DNA of 52,646 bases, counting the filler, from Sphacelaria rigidula (taxonomy: Eukaryota): assembly GCA_964200075.2 (NCBI GenBank). It is 3 parts of 3 records of this genome, joined end to end, with 100 filler letters (N's around TTAATTAATTAA, not from the genome) between each part and the next. Parts side by side here need not be neighbours in the genome. Positions count along the whole stretch, not along the records: positions 1 to 17,487 come from CAXNAA020001069.1; positions 17,588 to 35,067 come from CAXNAA020001070.1; 1 more part is not named here. The stretch is one strand, 5' to 3'. A program made the position numbers and the translations under genes. Under the pieces are notes generated by a model. It saw only the letters and a program-made list of their open reading frames with translations, ran no database searches and was not told the origin of the DNA. This document shows positions 13,724-25,300 of the stretch, piece by piece; position 1 is the stretch's first letter; each line of letters opens with the position of its first letter.

Positions 13724-16674
13724 CGGCGCGGCAGATCGGTCAATTCGTTGGACTGGTAAATCAATCCACAACCCTCACCCCCAAACCATGCAAATAATGA
13801 GGATAAGCTCCAGGTACATCACCCGCTACTGCTAATTATGACTCATCCCATCCCAACGCATTCAGGGCCGCCCGTCTGGACGCGCAGCACCGACTGCGCT
13901 TGACCCCTGCGGCGCTGTGGAAAGCAAGGGCAGTGCTCGCAGAAGCAGGTGTACGGTCACCACCAACATCAGCGCCGCAAGCAACCACACACCTCCAACA
14001 GCGGAGCAATATCGCGATACCTGAAGCTAAACAACATGGTACGACGGGTAAGAGGCACGCAAGAAAAGGCGCGACGAAGGGGGAAACGTACCCCTCGATA
14101 CCTGCTGGAGTATCAATTGCAGGAGAAAGCACGTGTAGCGCAATAGATGACATGGGGATAAGTGGTGGGAGTGCGGGAGGGAAGATGCGCGGCGATGGTA
14201 CGTTTGTGACAAGTAAAGGCGTATTGTTGACGTTACCTGTCGGCAGGGAATGTATCCAATCGGCCTCGTTGAAGAAGCACGCGGTCACCGACAGTGTTCC
14301 GTTGAGGTGGCAGAGCAGAATGGTCGCCTTGTCTTGCCTGAGGGATCATGGCAATCGTGGTGGCGGCAAGACGGCGCGGACTGCAGCACGAGTCACCACC
14401 GCCACAAGAACGAGTAGAGGAAGAGCACCGAGCAAAAGGAAGGAAGTAAGTGACAAGGGCGGAGAGGTGGCCGGTGAAAGAGGCAACAATAATCTATCCC
14501 ATACCAAACGGAGATCCGGACAAACAAAGAGCACGACGACGGAAGACAATAGCCATCAAGGGGAAAGGGGGCATGAGGAACGCTACGGGAGTGAATCAGA
14601 GAGAAGTCGCGTCGGCGTAGGGGAAGGAGCATGGTCTCGTTACATCCCCGGGGATCTGGGAGTACCCTCTGTTACCGTTGCTGGACGCCATTCGTCCGGA
14701 CTGAGACCATCTACTGCACCGACCCATACCGATGGAAAGGTGGTGATGAGAAGACTGGGATCGGGCAGTCACGATCCCCCTTCTATCGTGTTTGATCCGA
14801 CGTATTCACCGCTCAAGACGCGAAGGATTATCCTGGACAGGTATGGACTACCTTGTTCTCTGTTGCTTGCATGCGCCGGCTCGATTTCCCGGACACTTGG
14901 TCGCAGGGCACACAAGATGATGCGGATATTGCCAGCGGTGTGCGTAGCAAAACCTACACAGGATGCAGAACTCTCACGCCAGGGAAGAGCAACTGGTGTG
15001 TCATATCTCTCGCGATACTGTCCTTGTTTAAACAGAGCATGCAGTTCGATATCCGTGAATCATGTTGTACTTTTGTGATTGTTGCGTCGATGACTGTTTT
15101 TTTCTTGTCTCCGTGTGTCGTGGTTTAAATATCGATTGATATTTTCTTGTCTTTTGGGCGTCGTGGTCTCTATGCCAATAGGATATACCGTTTCACAAGG
15201 TATCCAGACGAAGCGCTAGAAGGCGTGGGCGTCAACGTCAACAGCAATCACGGTAGCGACCACGAAAACGGCGACAAAGGCGATGGCGACAAAGCCGGCG
15301 GCAAGGACGACGGCGATAGGCAGGCAGGCCCACTGCCTAACATCAGCGACCCGGACCCCCGCCAACGACGCCCCGCTACAGCACTGGGCTTGACCCGATC
15401 CGAGCAAGTCCCCGGAGCCCCAGATGGCGCCAGCGGCGGCGACAATACGTGTCGTCCTGGTACGCAGCAGGAGACATCGATGGCGAGGGAGGATCGAGCG
15501 GATACGGGCGTGTACCCTAATAGCCTGCAGTCTTGGAGACCCCCACTGCTCTTCCAGTATTGCAAGGCGAGTGGCGGTGGAGAGTGAGTGAAGGGGGGAA
15601 GGCAGGGACAAGTTGTCCGATCATGGAAAATTCGAACATATTTCAGTATGCATTGTGGTATATCTAGAGGTAGTTATTCTCCGGTGTCCCGTTGGAGCGG
15701 CCGGGCGGCGGGTTCTGGAGAACAGAGAGGGATTCCATCACAGTGATACTCTAGTAGTATCGGTCGGTATTATGCGCCCTTTTGTGAATGGCGGAGGTAT
15801 GGCCGCGGCGATGGATGGTTTACTCTTTGGTTTGTGTGTTCACAAGGCATGGAGGTCTATACGAACATGATCGACGGCGCTTTCTATTATGAGTGACATA
15901 TGCATGTCGCAGTTCCGTTTGTCTCTCGGCCGTTCCTTCGGTACGACACGGCTTATTGAATCTATTCGCTGTTTCACCATCTGAGTTAAGAAGCAAATAT
16001 CCTGTACGTGCTCAGAGAAATGTAATTCGATACTTCTGGCGACCGGTTTCCACGTACAGTAGGTCGTACGTTCGTCGGTAGGATCAGTGGTAGTACGAAT
16101 TATCATGTTTTCTGTGCGCAGTTTAACTTATATATTGCGTGGTGGGGGGGGCGAACAGTTCCTGCACGTAGTCGAACACAACAGGTGGCCACACTCATTC
16201 CGTTGGGCGACTTCCGCTCTCTCGTTTCCTTAGTTTTCTACATGTTCCTCCGCTAATTTCCTTACCCGACAATTATGTTGTTGTTGTCGCTGATGGTGGT
16301 GATACCGCTGTCCCTGCCGCTGTCAGGATTTGAGTAGCAGGGGAGAACGAAGTACGAAAGAGAACATCATACTCGAGCCCACGTCGCTGGTGACCCATTT
16401 CGTCTTCGACACCTCGCCACACGAAAACTTCAAACGACAACAACAAGGACAGCAGCAGCAACCAAATGATGGCGATAGTCAGCGAGCAACGGAAATACCT
16501 CCGACAACAGCAGCGGCAACAGCAAGAGGGATAGCGACAACAAAGGCCTTGTGGGGACGACCGGCTGCTCCTGACGACGAAAACCTCGACGTCGGGGGTC
16601 ACGCCATGCGACTTGATCGTTTCCGGCATGTGCCTGGGTGCCGCGTCTGTCAAGGAAGTCTCGGTCATGTCAAG
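150..16674 (+). CDS. Multi-exon armadillo (ARM)-repeat-containing protein gene, about 1,490 codons in 13 predicted exons; 5' and 3' ends probably outside the contig
   Basis: Exons 150-285, 928-1094, 2081-3047, 4102-4330, 4929-5028, 5716-5894, 7724-7883, 8968-9294, 10706-10894, 12653-12960, 13866-14840, 15182-15566 and 16327-16674 join with matching intron phases into one open frame. ARM-like helical segments: 'VRAQAALTLGTIA', 'LRERAARALCLIC', 'GAATTAVWALCRAPENRKAF', 'AIVGLASLSVTLASRRRL', 'IKLLKNLSTVTEAH', 'LACHVLANVC'. Confidence 0.8.
928..1094 (+). CDS. ARM-repeat gene exon
   Basis: TTTTTCTGCAG acceptor; open frame APSKEELWSS...QTFDAH; CAT|GTGAGT donor, phase 0. Confidence 0.6.
2081..3047 (+). 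CDS. ARM-repeat gene exon (contains poly-Asn)
   Basis: CCCAG acceptor; within ORF 2045-3226; donor G|GTAGGA in phase 1 fits the exon at 4102 (the phase-0 donor at 3112 does not). Confidence 0.75.
4102..4330 (+). CDS. ARM-repeat gene exon
   Basis: CTCCAG acceptor; SPMNPNDLQLRERAARALC...ENRKAFAKM; AG|GTAGGG donor. Confidence 0.85.
4929..5028 (+). CDS. ARM-repeat gene exon
   Basis: CGTAG acceptor; VVACLMPL...LATLYLLSQ; CAG|GTGAAG donor. Confidence 0.8.
5716..5894 (+). CDS. ARM-repeat gene exon
   Basis: AGCAG acceptor; EPENASQV...CLGVVR; AG|GTAAGG donor. Confidence 0.8.
6846..7325. repeat. Diverged tandem duplication (period ~211 bp); the second unit carries a short insertion
   Basis: Units start TGTGG(T/C)CAGTTTGAAACGGGCCAAAGACTCAGGAC at 6846 and 7057. 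Confidence 0.9.
7218..7279 (-). mobile_element. Short G/C-tract-associated retroposon-like element; other copies at 1-60, 16936-17013, 17412-17480 (-) and 30478-30546 (+)
   Basis: Consensus on + CGTACTCATTTGTTGCTTGCCTTAGTCGTTTGACCATCGACCACGCATCCCTTTCGAGACGGAGCACCGTTCCTACTC; this copy is flanked by a duplicated AGCATCACGGGGGGG. Confidence 0.8.
7724..7883 (+). CDS. ARM-repeat gene exon
   Basis: AAATAG acceptor; CLIQPEGF...GVLFALQ; CAG|GTGTGT donor. Confidence 0.8.
8968..9294 (+). CDS. ARM-repeat gene exon
   Basis: CCCCAG acceptor; DRAEYRG...ETKRNV; GTG|GTGAGT donor. Confidence 0.85.
10706..10894 (+). CDS. ARM-repeat gene exon
   Basis: ACAAAG acceptor; IKLLKNLS...RNRLFR; CGA|GTGAGT donor. Confidence 0.8.
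11194..11642. mobile_element. About 450-bp palindromic fold-back/MITE in an intron; truncated copy at ~10110-10376
   Basis: Arms are reverse complements (TCTTCGTATCCACACCAAA / TTTGGTGTGGATACGAAGA; TACACGCCATACA / TGTATGGCGTGTA; CCTAGGTGAA / TTCACCTAGG); ends CATGGAA...TTCCATG. Confidence 0.85.
12653..12960 (+). CDS. ARM-repeat gene exon
   Basis: TTTTGTAG acceptor; AHLNSESASLL...FEDPSL; AG|GTGCTG donor in phase 2. Confidence 0.7.
13581..13723 (+). repeat. Probable non-LTR retroelement 3' end with (AAC)n tail
   Basis: T-rich stretch, then TGTGACCACGG motif, then about 14 AAC units; related motif plus tail at 28407, 43645, 44664 (-) and 45250. Confidence 0.5.
13866..14840 (+). CDS. ARM-repeat gene exon (low-complexity region)
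   Basis: TTCAG acceptor; overlaps ORF 13900-15078 in frame; AG|GTATGG donor. Confidence 0.8.
15182..15566 (+). CDS. ARM-repeat gene exon (GC donor, or alternative end at 15583)
   Basis: CAATAG acceptor; IYRFTRYPDE...WRPPLLFQYCK; AAG|GCGAGT. Confidence 0.7.
16327..16674 (+). CDS. ARM-repeat gene exon
   Basis: CTGTCAG acceptor; DLSSRG...RLDRFRHVPGCRVCQGSLGHVK; AAG|GTTTGG donor. Confidence 0.75.
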
Positions 16675-17487
16675 GTTTGGAAAAAATGAAAAACGCACGA
16701 TCTCTTCAAACGGGCGATGAATTCGTCTCTACATAACGTTTTTGTTGGTGCCCTGTTTTGCGAAGAGTAGGCTAGATGGATTTTACGTAATCAGACAAGC
16801 ACTGGTTTTCAATCATTAACCAGTTTCGACAGTGTCGATGATCTTTTCCTTGTTTACCGTTGTTCCGTTTTCCCCCTTCTGTGTTCACCATGAGGTTTGT
16901 CCCATTTGGGAGGGACGGGTGGGGGAAGGGAGGGCCGCACTCATTTGTTGCTTGCCTTAGTCGTTTTGCCATCGAACACGCATCCCTTTCGAGAGGGAGC
17001 ACCGTTCCTACTCCTGATGGAGCCACCTCCAACATGTCGGTGCCCATAACGTTTCTTCACACAACACCTGTTCCATATCTTATCCCCGTCCTGTTTTGCC
17101 GTCTGTGGCCACCATTTATCTCCTAGTATAGCCATCGTTTTCTCCCTACTGCCAATTCATGCCGCCCTCGTTCACGTCCCCCATTTCCCCCTCTAGCACG
17201 TCCCCTTCCTCCTTGTATAGTTTCCATTCGGAAACTGTATGAGTTCTGCTCTTTATTGCTTTGTCACAGGGGCAGTTCTGTGCATCTACTTCCTACTCCT
17301 CTCGATTACTGGTACATATCTTTCTTCTTTCTGGCAGGTCCCGGTCCCCCACCCAAAATCGCAGTTTCAAACGTTTCGCCACGTCCATTGGGCCATGCAG
17401 ATAGGAGGGGGCGTACTCATTTGTTGCTTGCCTTAGTCGTTTGACCATCGACCACGCATTCCTTTCGAGACGGAGCACCGGATAGGG

Positions 17488-17587
17488 NNNNNNNNNNNNN
17501 NNNNNNNNNNNNNNNNNNNNNNNNNNNNNNNTTAATTAATTAANNNNNNNNNNNNNNNNNNNNNNNNNNNNNNNNNNNNNNNNNNNN
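17488..17587. other. Artificial contig spacer (44 N + TTAATTAATTAA + 44 N)
   Basis: Seen directly; TTAATTAATTAA gives stops in all six frames. Confidence 0.98.
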
Positions 17588-20500
17588 CCAACATCTCAAC
17601 CCCCGCCCACCCCTCCTGTCAATGAAGCCCGGGAGGCGTTCGATATTGCCCGCAGTGATGATTTTCACACGGGATCGCGCACCGGATTCATGGTAACTCC
17701 CACGACCCCAACTTCGGATGAAACGTGCACCGCGTAAAGGGCAGGCACCCCTGCAACTCATGGGAAATCCCCCAAACTGAAATATGTTGCAGAACAATTC
17801 TACAGCAGTTCACGTGAGGCCTGGCATGACTGCTTGATGCTGGAATAATAACCGGGACTGATCACCCCATCCCACTCCCGTGCGCGCTTTTTTGCAGTAC
17901 TGGTGCAGGTATTCACTTCGGGAAGTTGCAACGTTTGACTCCTTGGTCATGGGACGAAGGACGCCGCAGGGTGGCAGGCCGTGTCGGTTCAGGGGAGAAA
18001 GTGCAGTCGTAGGCCGGGGGCGATAGACGGATGCTGCGGCAATGCCGGTGGCCCAGTCATGATGTCGCACGAATTTCACGGTTGAGACCCAGTAGCGAGT
18101 GTTCGTGACGGTTGTGCAGGATGTATCACCATCCCAGCGTCAAATGTGAAGCGCGGTTGATTGTTGAATGGTATAGTGGTGGCAATTGCGACAACAAATA
18201 CGAGTAATCAGTGTGAATGGGTCCGGAGTTGCGGGCCGCACGGTACGCCGGCGATTGTGTGGCAGGGGGGGCGGGTAGCGGTGATGGTTTTGGTGTCGTG
18301 CAGTGGCGACGAGGCACGGCGCCGTCATGAAGATTGTCCGCGCGGTGCTGCACGATAAAGCCTACTCTAATCTGTATCAGTCACCGAATGGTGCGATGCA
18401 TAAAGTTATTTCGGTCCATTTCGACGGCGCCGAGCGGTTGTGAGGTAGGCGCGAGGGATAGCGGCGTACGAAATACCTCCATCGCACTTTGCGGTGCGTA
18501 TGCTCGTGCTGTGTGCACGGCTTGCAACCGTCATGCTATAAATCACGTGCGCGTCGACGATCCCATCTTTGCCCCCTTCTCTCTTCTCGTATTTTTGCTA
18601 CCCCTCCGATTTTTTTCTGTTTCTGTGTCGCGTCTAAGTGCATATTTCTGGGTCTGGTGCAATAGTTTCTTTGGATTTGATCCTGACACGGGGTACTTAG
18701 TCTGTGGCGACGGAAGGCATCTGCATCGGATGCCCACTGTACAGTAGTGCGCAGATTTCGGCACAGGTAGACATCGACAAAAACAACGACAAAAACGCAT
18801 GGGCCGTGCTGTACAGACAGTGCAAATCCCAACTAGTCGACAAACACGGATCAAATTGCTGATCGCCACAAGTATGGGGTTCCGAGCATTGGGGGGTCAT
18901 GGCAAATATATATGCGAAGTTTCCCCCCCGCCTTCGCAGCCATACACTCGTGCCGGGGTGTTAATACTGCGACGCAAGGCGATCCCGAAGTGGCCACGAA
19001 AATGGCGCCTGCACCTCGGCTGGAATTTTTTTTACAGTATATCAACGGTATTAATATCCTCCGTATCCAAGCGCGACGGGATGAAGCGGTCACAATATTC
19101 GTGCGCCGTCCTTGCCTGAAATTTTCCTCCACAGTCGGTTGCGCTACAGTGCCATCACCGTAATGCCGCCACGGGCTTGAATACTTTACGCAGGGTCTGA
19201 GCGATAGATATCCGTGACAAGAACATTCACTGCGGAAGACACGCCCACGGTGTTGCAGTGACCACACGGGGAGTAGGGGTGTACAAAAGTGGCGCCAGAT
19301 CTGCTTCACACAGTACCCACGCCGCTTGTTTACCACCACCGTATCCCGCAGTGCGGCTGCCCCATGAAATTTGACCTGAAGAAATATACTGCATACAGTA
19401 CGCAGAATGTGGTCGCGATACTTCACATGTGATACTGTGTGCAGCACACCTTTGTTAATATGTCTGTCGCGGCAGCGGAAATTGTATCCTAAGAGCAAAT
19501 GAAAATGAGATGAGGTCCGCAAAACGCCGATGCCGAGCCTGTGAGGGGAAATTCAATTTCTTCACGTGGAAGCACCCTGACGTGGAGTAACCAGTTGTTT
19601 GTCGTAAAAGATAAGTGCAGCAACCTCCCCTGTCATTCTCACCCCGCTGTAAAAAAGCGCTAGCACAGTCTGGCACTGAAAGGGGAGACATGTTGCCCGT
19701 TGCCCGAGCGGGTTCGCAGCGCTCCCTGCCTGTGCACACTGCCCCCTTTGGCTACTCTGCGCGGCCGCTTAGTGCTCGGCACGGCACCTAAACCTCGACG
19801 GCACATGCCTGTAACATATGGAGAATCTTCATTATTGATTATTTCCCGTCTTGGTGCCAGACTCGAGTGACAGGGGGCCAGCGCAACAATAACAGCCTAA
19901 CAGCATGTACCCCTGGATCCGCATGGATTTCATATCGTTACCCTCTAGAACCGTCATTAGAAAGTGTTCTAGTTTTCGGAACCAGTTCAGCATCGTGCAA
20001 AATCATCGTTTCAAGCCACGCTGCGCTGACAACGCGTTGGGTCGCCGCAACTACTGCACCGACATGAACCGGCGGCTTCAAGCCACACATACGCCAAGTT
20101 GCAGCATCGTCAGGCGCCAGGTGTGCGGCCTTTCGGCCCCTTATCTCCAAAAATACCGCCTCCATAATATTGAAAAGGAATAATACTGAGTAGTACTGCC
20201 ATCTCCGATCGCTCCCTCGCAATACTCAATACTCGCACTGTCTCTTCTGTACTGTTGTTGTAGAGGACCCAGTACTATTGTACGTATCTCTGCTACAAGA
20301 CAAAAATTAATCTCACGCCATGATATTTACAGACCCACGTTGCCAGGACTAGCAGTGATATAACACCAAGGTTCATATTTTCTGTACGCCTATTACGCTC
20401 TGGGTCTAGCTAGCGTTTTCGTCCCTACCCGCTTACGGAAGCTGCACACGTGGATTACGAGTGCTGTATATAAATTAAAAAAACCAACCTGTCTGGTGAG

Positions 20501-21184
20501 TCTGTACATATGGTCACTGCTCTTTATACCATCAATACTGTAACGGACTGTCCAGGCAAAGTGCAACTGTCAGCCAGCCCCTCCTGCCTCACCTGTACGT
20601 CTCCGCGCGGCGTTCATCCTCGTATTCATCCGAACCCTGCCTAGCGATGGCATTGGCGGCGTTTGCCTCTCTTCCTCCCCCTGTGATCACTAGTACGGCG
20701 GCGACGCCCACCAGCGAACAGCCAAAAAGTCTCCGCAAAGACCTCATTGCCCCTCTTCGGTCTCACAGAGCTGAAGGATCACTCTCTAGCGTGAAGACCG
20801 ATTGAAAACACAGATTGTGCTGGTGCTCTGCGCTGTGAAAGACAACACAAAAATACAATACCAGTGTCACGTATCGAGGTTCCTCGGGGAAAGCGAAAGG
20901 TCAGAGCTCTCAGCCAAGCACTTGAGCTGGTGAAAGCCCAAGCCTATGGCAGCATTAGATCTCGTTCCTCAGGTACCCGGCTCGTCATGACACATATCAA
21001 CTGGGTGCTGGCAAGGAGAACCAAGAATTCCGGATGATGTATCTGAGGGGGAGTGTAACATGATGAGCCAGGGAGTGTCCTTGCCAAAATGACCAAAACT
21101 GATACCCACCCCGATGCATTGACTCCTATCTATCCTTGATTACTTGGCAAATGCCCTCTGGTCCGGCTTAGTGAGGGGGCAACG

Positions 21185-21328
21185 ATGGCGATGAGCTACG
21201 AAGGACCAAGAAGCACAGGGGGTTCTTTCGGCGGGCAGCAGCAGCAGCAGCAGCAGCTGTCTACTAATGCCAGTCAAGGTGGTGGTAACAACAGTAATTT
21301 GGCCACTAATGCTACTGTTACGATGATG
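21185..21328 (+). CDS. YLPM1: YLPM1 exon 1 (ATG)
   Basis: MAMSYEGPR...VTMM; ATG|GTGAGG donor. Confidence 0.7.
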
Positions 21329-24064
21329 GTGAGGTCTTGTAACGTGTGTACTCGTGTATCCCGAGAAGAAGGAAAAGGGGCGTGGAAAGGCTGGGGGGAT
21401 GGCGGAGTTAGAGGTAGCGGAGGGGGGGGAAGCGGATAAGAAGTAACATGTGTTGTGCTTTTTGGGCGGGGTTTGCTGAGTGTGGCATGTGCAGCTCGGT
21501 GGCTATCTATCGCTTGCGGCTGAGTCCGTACCAGAAACCTATGCCGTATGCTCTTTGGAGTGTTGTACGCTCCTGGTTTGTTGCTTGTACATGTACTGTT
21601 GATACTACTACTGCTCTTCATTCCCCCATCACCCTACTGCACTGTTCCTTCTTGGACACGAGTAAAATCAAAATCGAAATCCCGCTCTGTTGTCCCATCT
21701 TCTACCATCTCCATCCTCCTCTGATGAAACGGATCAAATAGATCTTGGGTCACCCTCTCTCGTACGTATAATAGCACAGTACAGTCTGCCGCACTATGCA
21801 TGCACCCCCTCCCCCCAATCTGTCGGCTATCATGATACATAACCAGGCACGGGGTGCGTTCCCAAGCGACGATCATTGCCACCAATATCCGACTGTGTCC
21901 CATATGCTGTTTCCATGACTCAAAGCACTGACCCACTCCACGAGTCATACTCAACGAGTACTATAAATTGTACTACATGCTGTTTGTACGGCTGCATTTG
22001 TACACTATATGGACGTGAAATTACGCCCAAGATGTGTGTCATTCCTGTCGTTCCTTGATGAGCCATCACGAAGAAGCGTGCCTCCTGTGGTATTCCTCAG
22101 CTGTTCGTGTAGCCATTTCAGTACGAGGCATTCAAATCGACGCTTGGCTCACTCTGAGCGAAACACTACTGGACAGTGTTTTGTGTGACCTGAAGTATGA
22201 TCATTGAGCTGTCTGTGCATGCATGCATTGGTATTTTTATACTTTTAATGTGCTGACTCACGAGAAAGGGTTTGCTCGAAGGGCGCTAGGTGGCTGTGCT
22301 CCTGAGGTGAAATATGGTTTTGATGTAGGATGTTGGGTAGGGGAAAAGTTCCACGCTGTCCTCCGTACTACGCGTGCGGCAACTCTCTCGACGAGGTGCG
22401 CCTCCGTGCAGGTGATGGACGGCAATGGGTAGGTGCTGTTTTGTTGCTTTCATATCGTGCAAGACCCCTCAGTCTTCAACCACCGCTTTCCTCGCACACG
22501 GGGTTCTTGTTGGTGTACTATTGTAGGAATGAGCTCGGATGTGCGCGAACCCTCGTTTGTTGCCTTACCCATTAAACGTCCTGCTGCACTCAACAGTGCA
22601 TATTCTAGTCTAACCTACGAGCTGGCGCACTCTGTCTGAGCTGTCTATATGCATACTTGCTGGTTACAGCATATGGTTGATGCTTCACCCGTAGTTTTTA
22701 TATTCCGAGAACTGTGCGGACAGTCCCGCGAGTGTTTGGAAAATGGTTCTTGCGGACGTAAATACGCGCTTGAAGCACGTGGGCGTCTGACTTGGGTGTT
22801 GCAAATACAAGGGGAAAAGTTGCAGGCAGTAGGGCCACAACAGCCTCTTGTCATGGTTTGTGGGAGGAGGGCGCAGGGTTAGTTTGGTCTGCTCTATCAT
22901 CATTCTGCTGTACATGCTTGCGCGTTTCACTGCTATACCTACATGACCCCATTTACTGGACAACTGGCCCGACCATAGACACTGTTTTACTACACTGGGA
23001 CGCCTGCTGGCCGCGGTCATGCGCGAAGAACCATGGCGCGCGACATCTACGTCTCACCAACCTATTCTATGGGGACGTTTTCCCCCTCCAAAACCAACTT
23101 CTTCGAACCTTCCCAAAATCCACGTCTACTCAGAGTCCAACTATAACAGTACTCTGTGCTAATTTCCCACTATCGCTCTCCGAGCATCTGTTAACCGATT
23201 CGTGTGGTTCTTCATGGCCATGTTCTCCGCAACCGTAATCAATCCTGATTCTGGTATGCATGTTTCATGTTTCGAAAGATTCTTTGCTTCTGGGCCTAGC
23301 AGATGGGTTCGCGCTCCTTTCCATTACGACGTCTTGCACATCCCCTTCGAAAAGAAGATTCCCGCACGCGAGTTTCGTGGTTCTTCCTTTCCTGAGCCCA
23401 CCTCGCGTGATACGTCACAATGATTGGTCCGTACTGATGGGTCGTTGTGATCGAAATGTACAGATGACATATTGGAATTCACCGCGAAGGTAGACATGAA
23501 AAATATGTAAAAAGGGAGGTATATATGGGCATAATTAGAGGTTGTTTGCTGGGGTTCTTGCCATGAATTGTATCCAACAGCGCTTGAATTTTTTGCGCCC
23601 TACATCCATCACGTTTGATTCATGCCGCACCGGCTTCATATTCACTGATATGAGCTACGGCAACACCAGAATTTAGCACAGCTTCAACGGTCAAATGCGT
23701 ATAAACACCGTAGGGAGCCAAGCACCGTGAAAATTGTTGAGTGTACCACACCCCTGTATACTTTGCGCAAAACCACACTGCACAGACAAGAGCAACCGCG
23801 CGCCGAATGGGCGAAATGGGGTACCCACGGTCAGTTTGACCGGACTTCGTGGGTTCGATTCCCGAAATATGTGTGATTACAGAACCTGGTCTGATGTGGA
23901 AAGCGTGAGTAGCGAACTAGCGATAGCAAGGATAAATGATGAAAGTCAACGGACGACACGGGTGTTGATGCATTGCTTGAAAGTAATGCGTCAGACATGA
24001 ACCGGGGAAGAGAAACGCTTGATACGTTCAGGTTGAGGGTATGTCCTGAGAGAGGAGAGGGGGG

Positions 24065-24110
<46 letters not shown>

Positions 24111-24834
24111 GTTCGAAGTGTGGCAATTAGGAGAGAGGGAAAAAAATGTAACAGCCTCTCGTCATATCCGGGTCACAGCAGGACGTACTGATTGGCAGAA
24201 GCCCATTGGCTATCCCGGGCATGACGGATTGCCGGCTGTGTCCGATGTGCCGTGGTAATTTGTCCGGTGCCTATTTTGTGTATCTGTGTTCAGCAACACT
24301 TACTCTTGCGACCGCCTGCTGTCTTGTGTGACTGATTATGCCGCAGATGCAACCTTCTGGAGGAGGTCGAGGTGGCGGCAGCGGAATTTGCGGGAACCAA
24401 GGTTGGAGGCAGCCGCAGCAAGACTACCCCGGGGGAAGTGGCGGTAGCGGCGGCGGCGGCGGAGGCCCGAGCCCTTGGCAGCCGCGCCAAACTGACCAAC
24501 AGCAACAACGGCAGCACCTCCAGGAACAGCAGGTTCGTGCACATCTGAGTCAATTACTCCAAGTTTGTCGAGCCGTTCCAATGTGAAGCTTGCGGTCTGT
24601 GTGCCTCTGTCCGTTCTGTCATCAGTAGTTTCATCATTTTTTAATGCCAATACCTGCTGGAAAGTGCGAACATGTTGCGGTGTGATGACGAATCGTGTGA
24701 GCTGTCAGTTTCCATTTTTTTCTCGGTGGGGGGGTTGTTGCGTTCCCCGTCCCCGTCGTGATTTTTTTTTTTCACGATACGTGCTGTCGTAGCAGGGGTG
24801 GAACGGCATTGGGCAAGGGCATAATCCTGATTTC

Positions 24835-24866
<32 letters not shown>

Positions 24867-25264
24867 GCAGCAGTGGCCACCTCAGCAGCAGGCAAGATGA
24901 GGGTCAGATTGGCGCCAAAAAAAGAGGCAGTTCCCTGTGGGTTACCCTGACAGTGCGCGGTATTACTGTTGTAATGGAGCGCATACCGGGTCACAGCTGT
25001 CGCTTGGAAGATGGCGCCATGGGTTGCGCAATGAGTAGACACAACCCTGCTCTCTTTCTGCCCCTGATCTGTTCCTGTTACCAATTTTGCCAGGTGGCTG
25101 TCCGTCAGACATGTCGAGGACGCAACGCTCATCGTTGTCTTCCCTTTCCTTGTTTCCCACCCTTGCTACCTGCTGTCCTTCGCCCCCTGGCACGTCACTC
25201 CTTGTCCTCGCCAGCCTCGATGGAACTCGCTCATGCCTCCTCCAAACCAGCCGCAGCAGCAGCC

Positions 25265-25300
<36 letters not shown>

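Noticed and set aside
17221..17411. Further exon(s) of the ARM gene near the contig end
   Set aside because: Several candidate acceptors (17220, 17270, 17337) but no donor/phase combination I could support
17532..17543. TTAATTAATTAA palindrome as a biological site
   Set aside because: Embedded in N runs, identical in both gaps; an assembly linker
23800..23866. tRNA-like A/B boxes (GCCGAATGG...GGTTCGATTCCC)
   Set aside because: No acceptor stem or cloverleaf can be formed; at most a SINE relic
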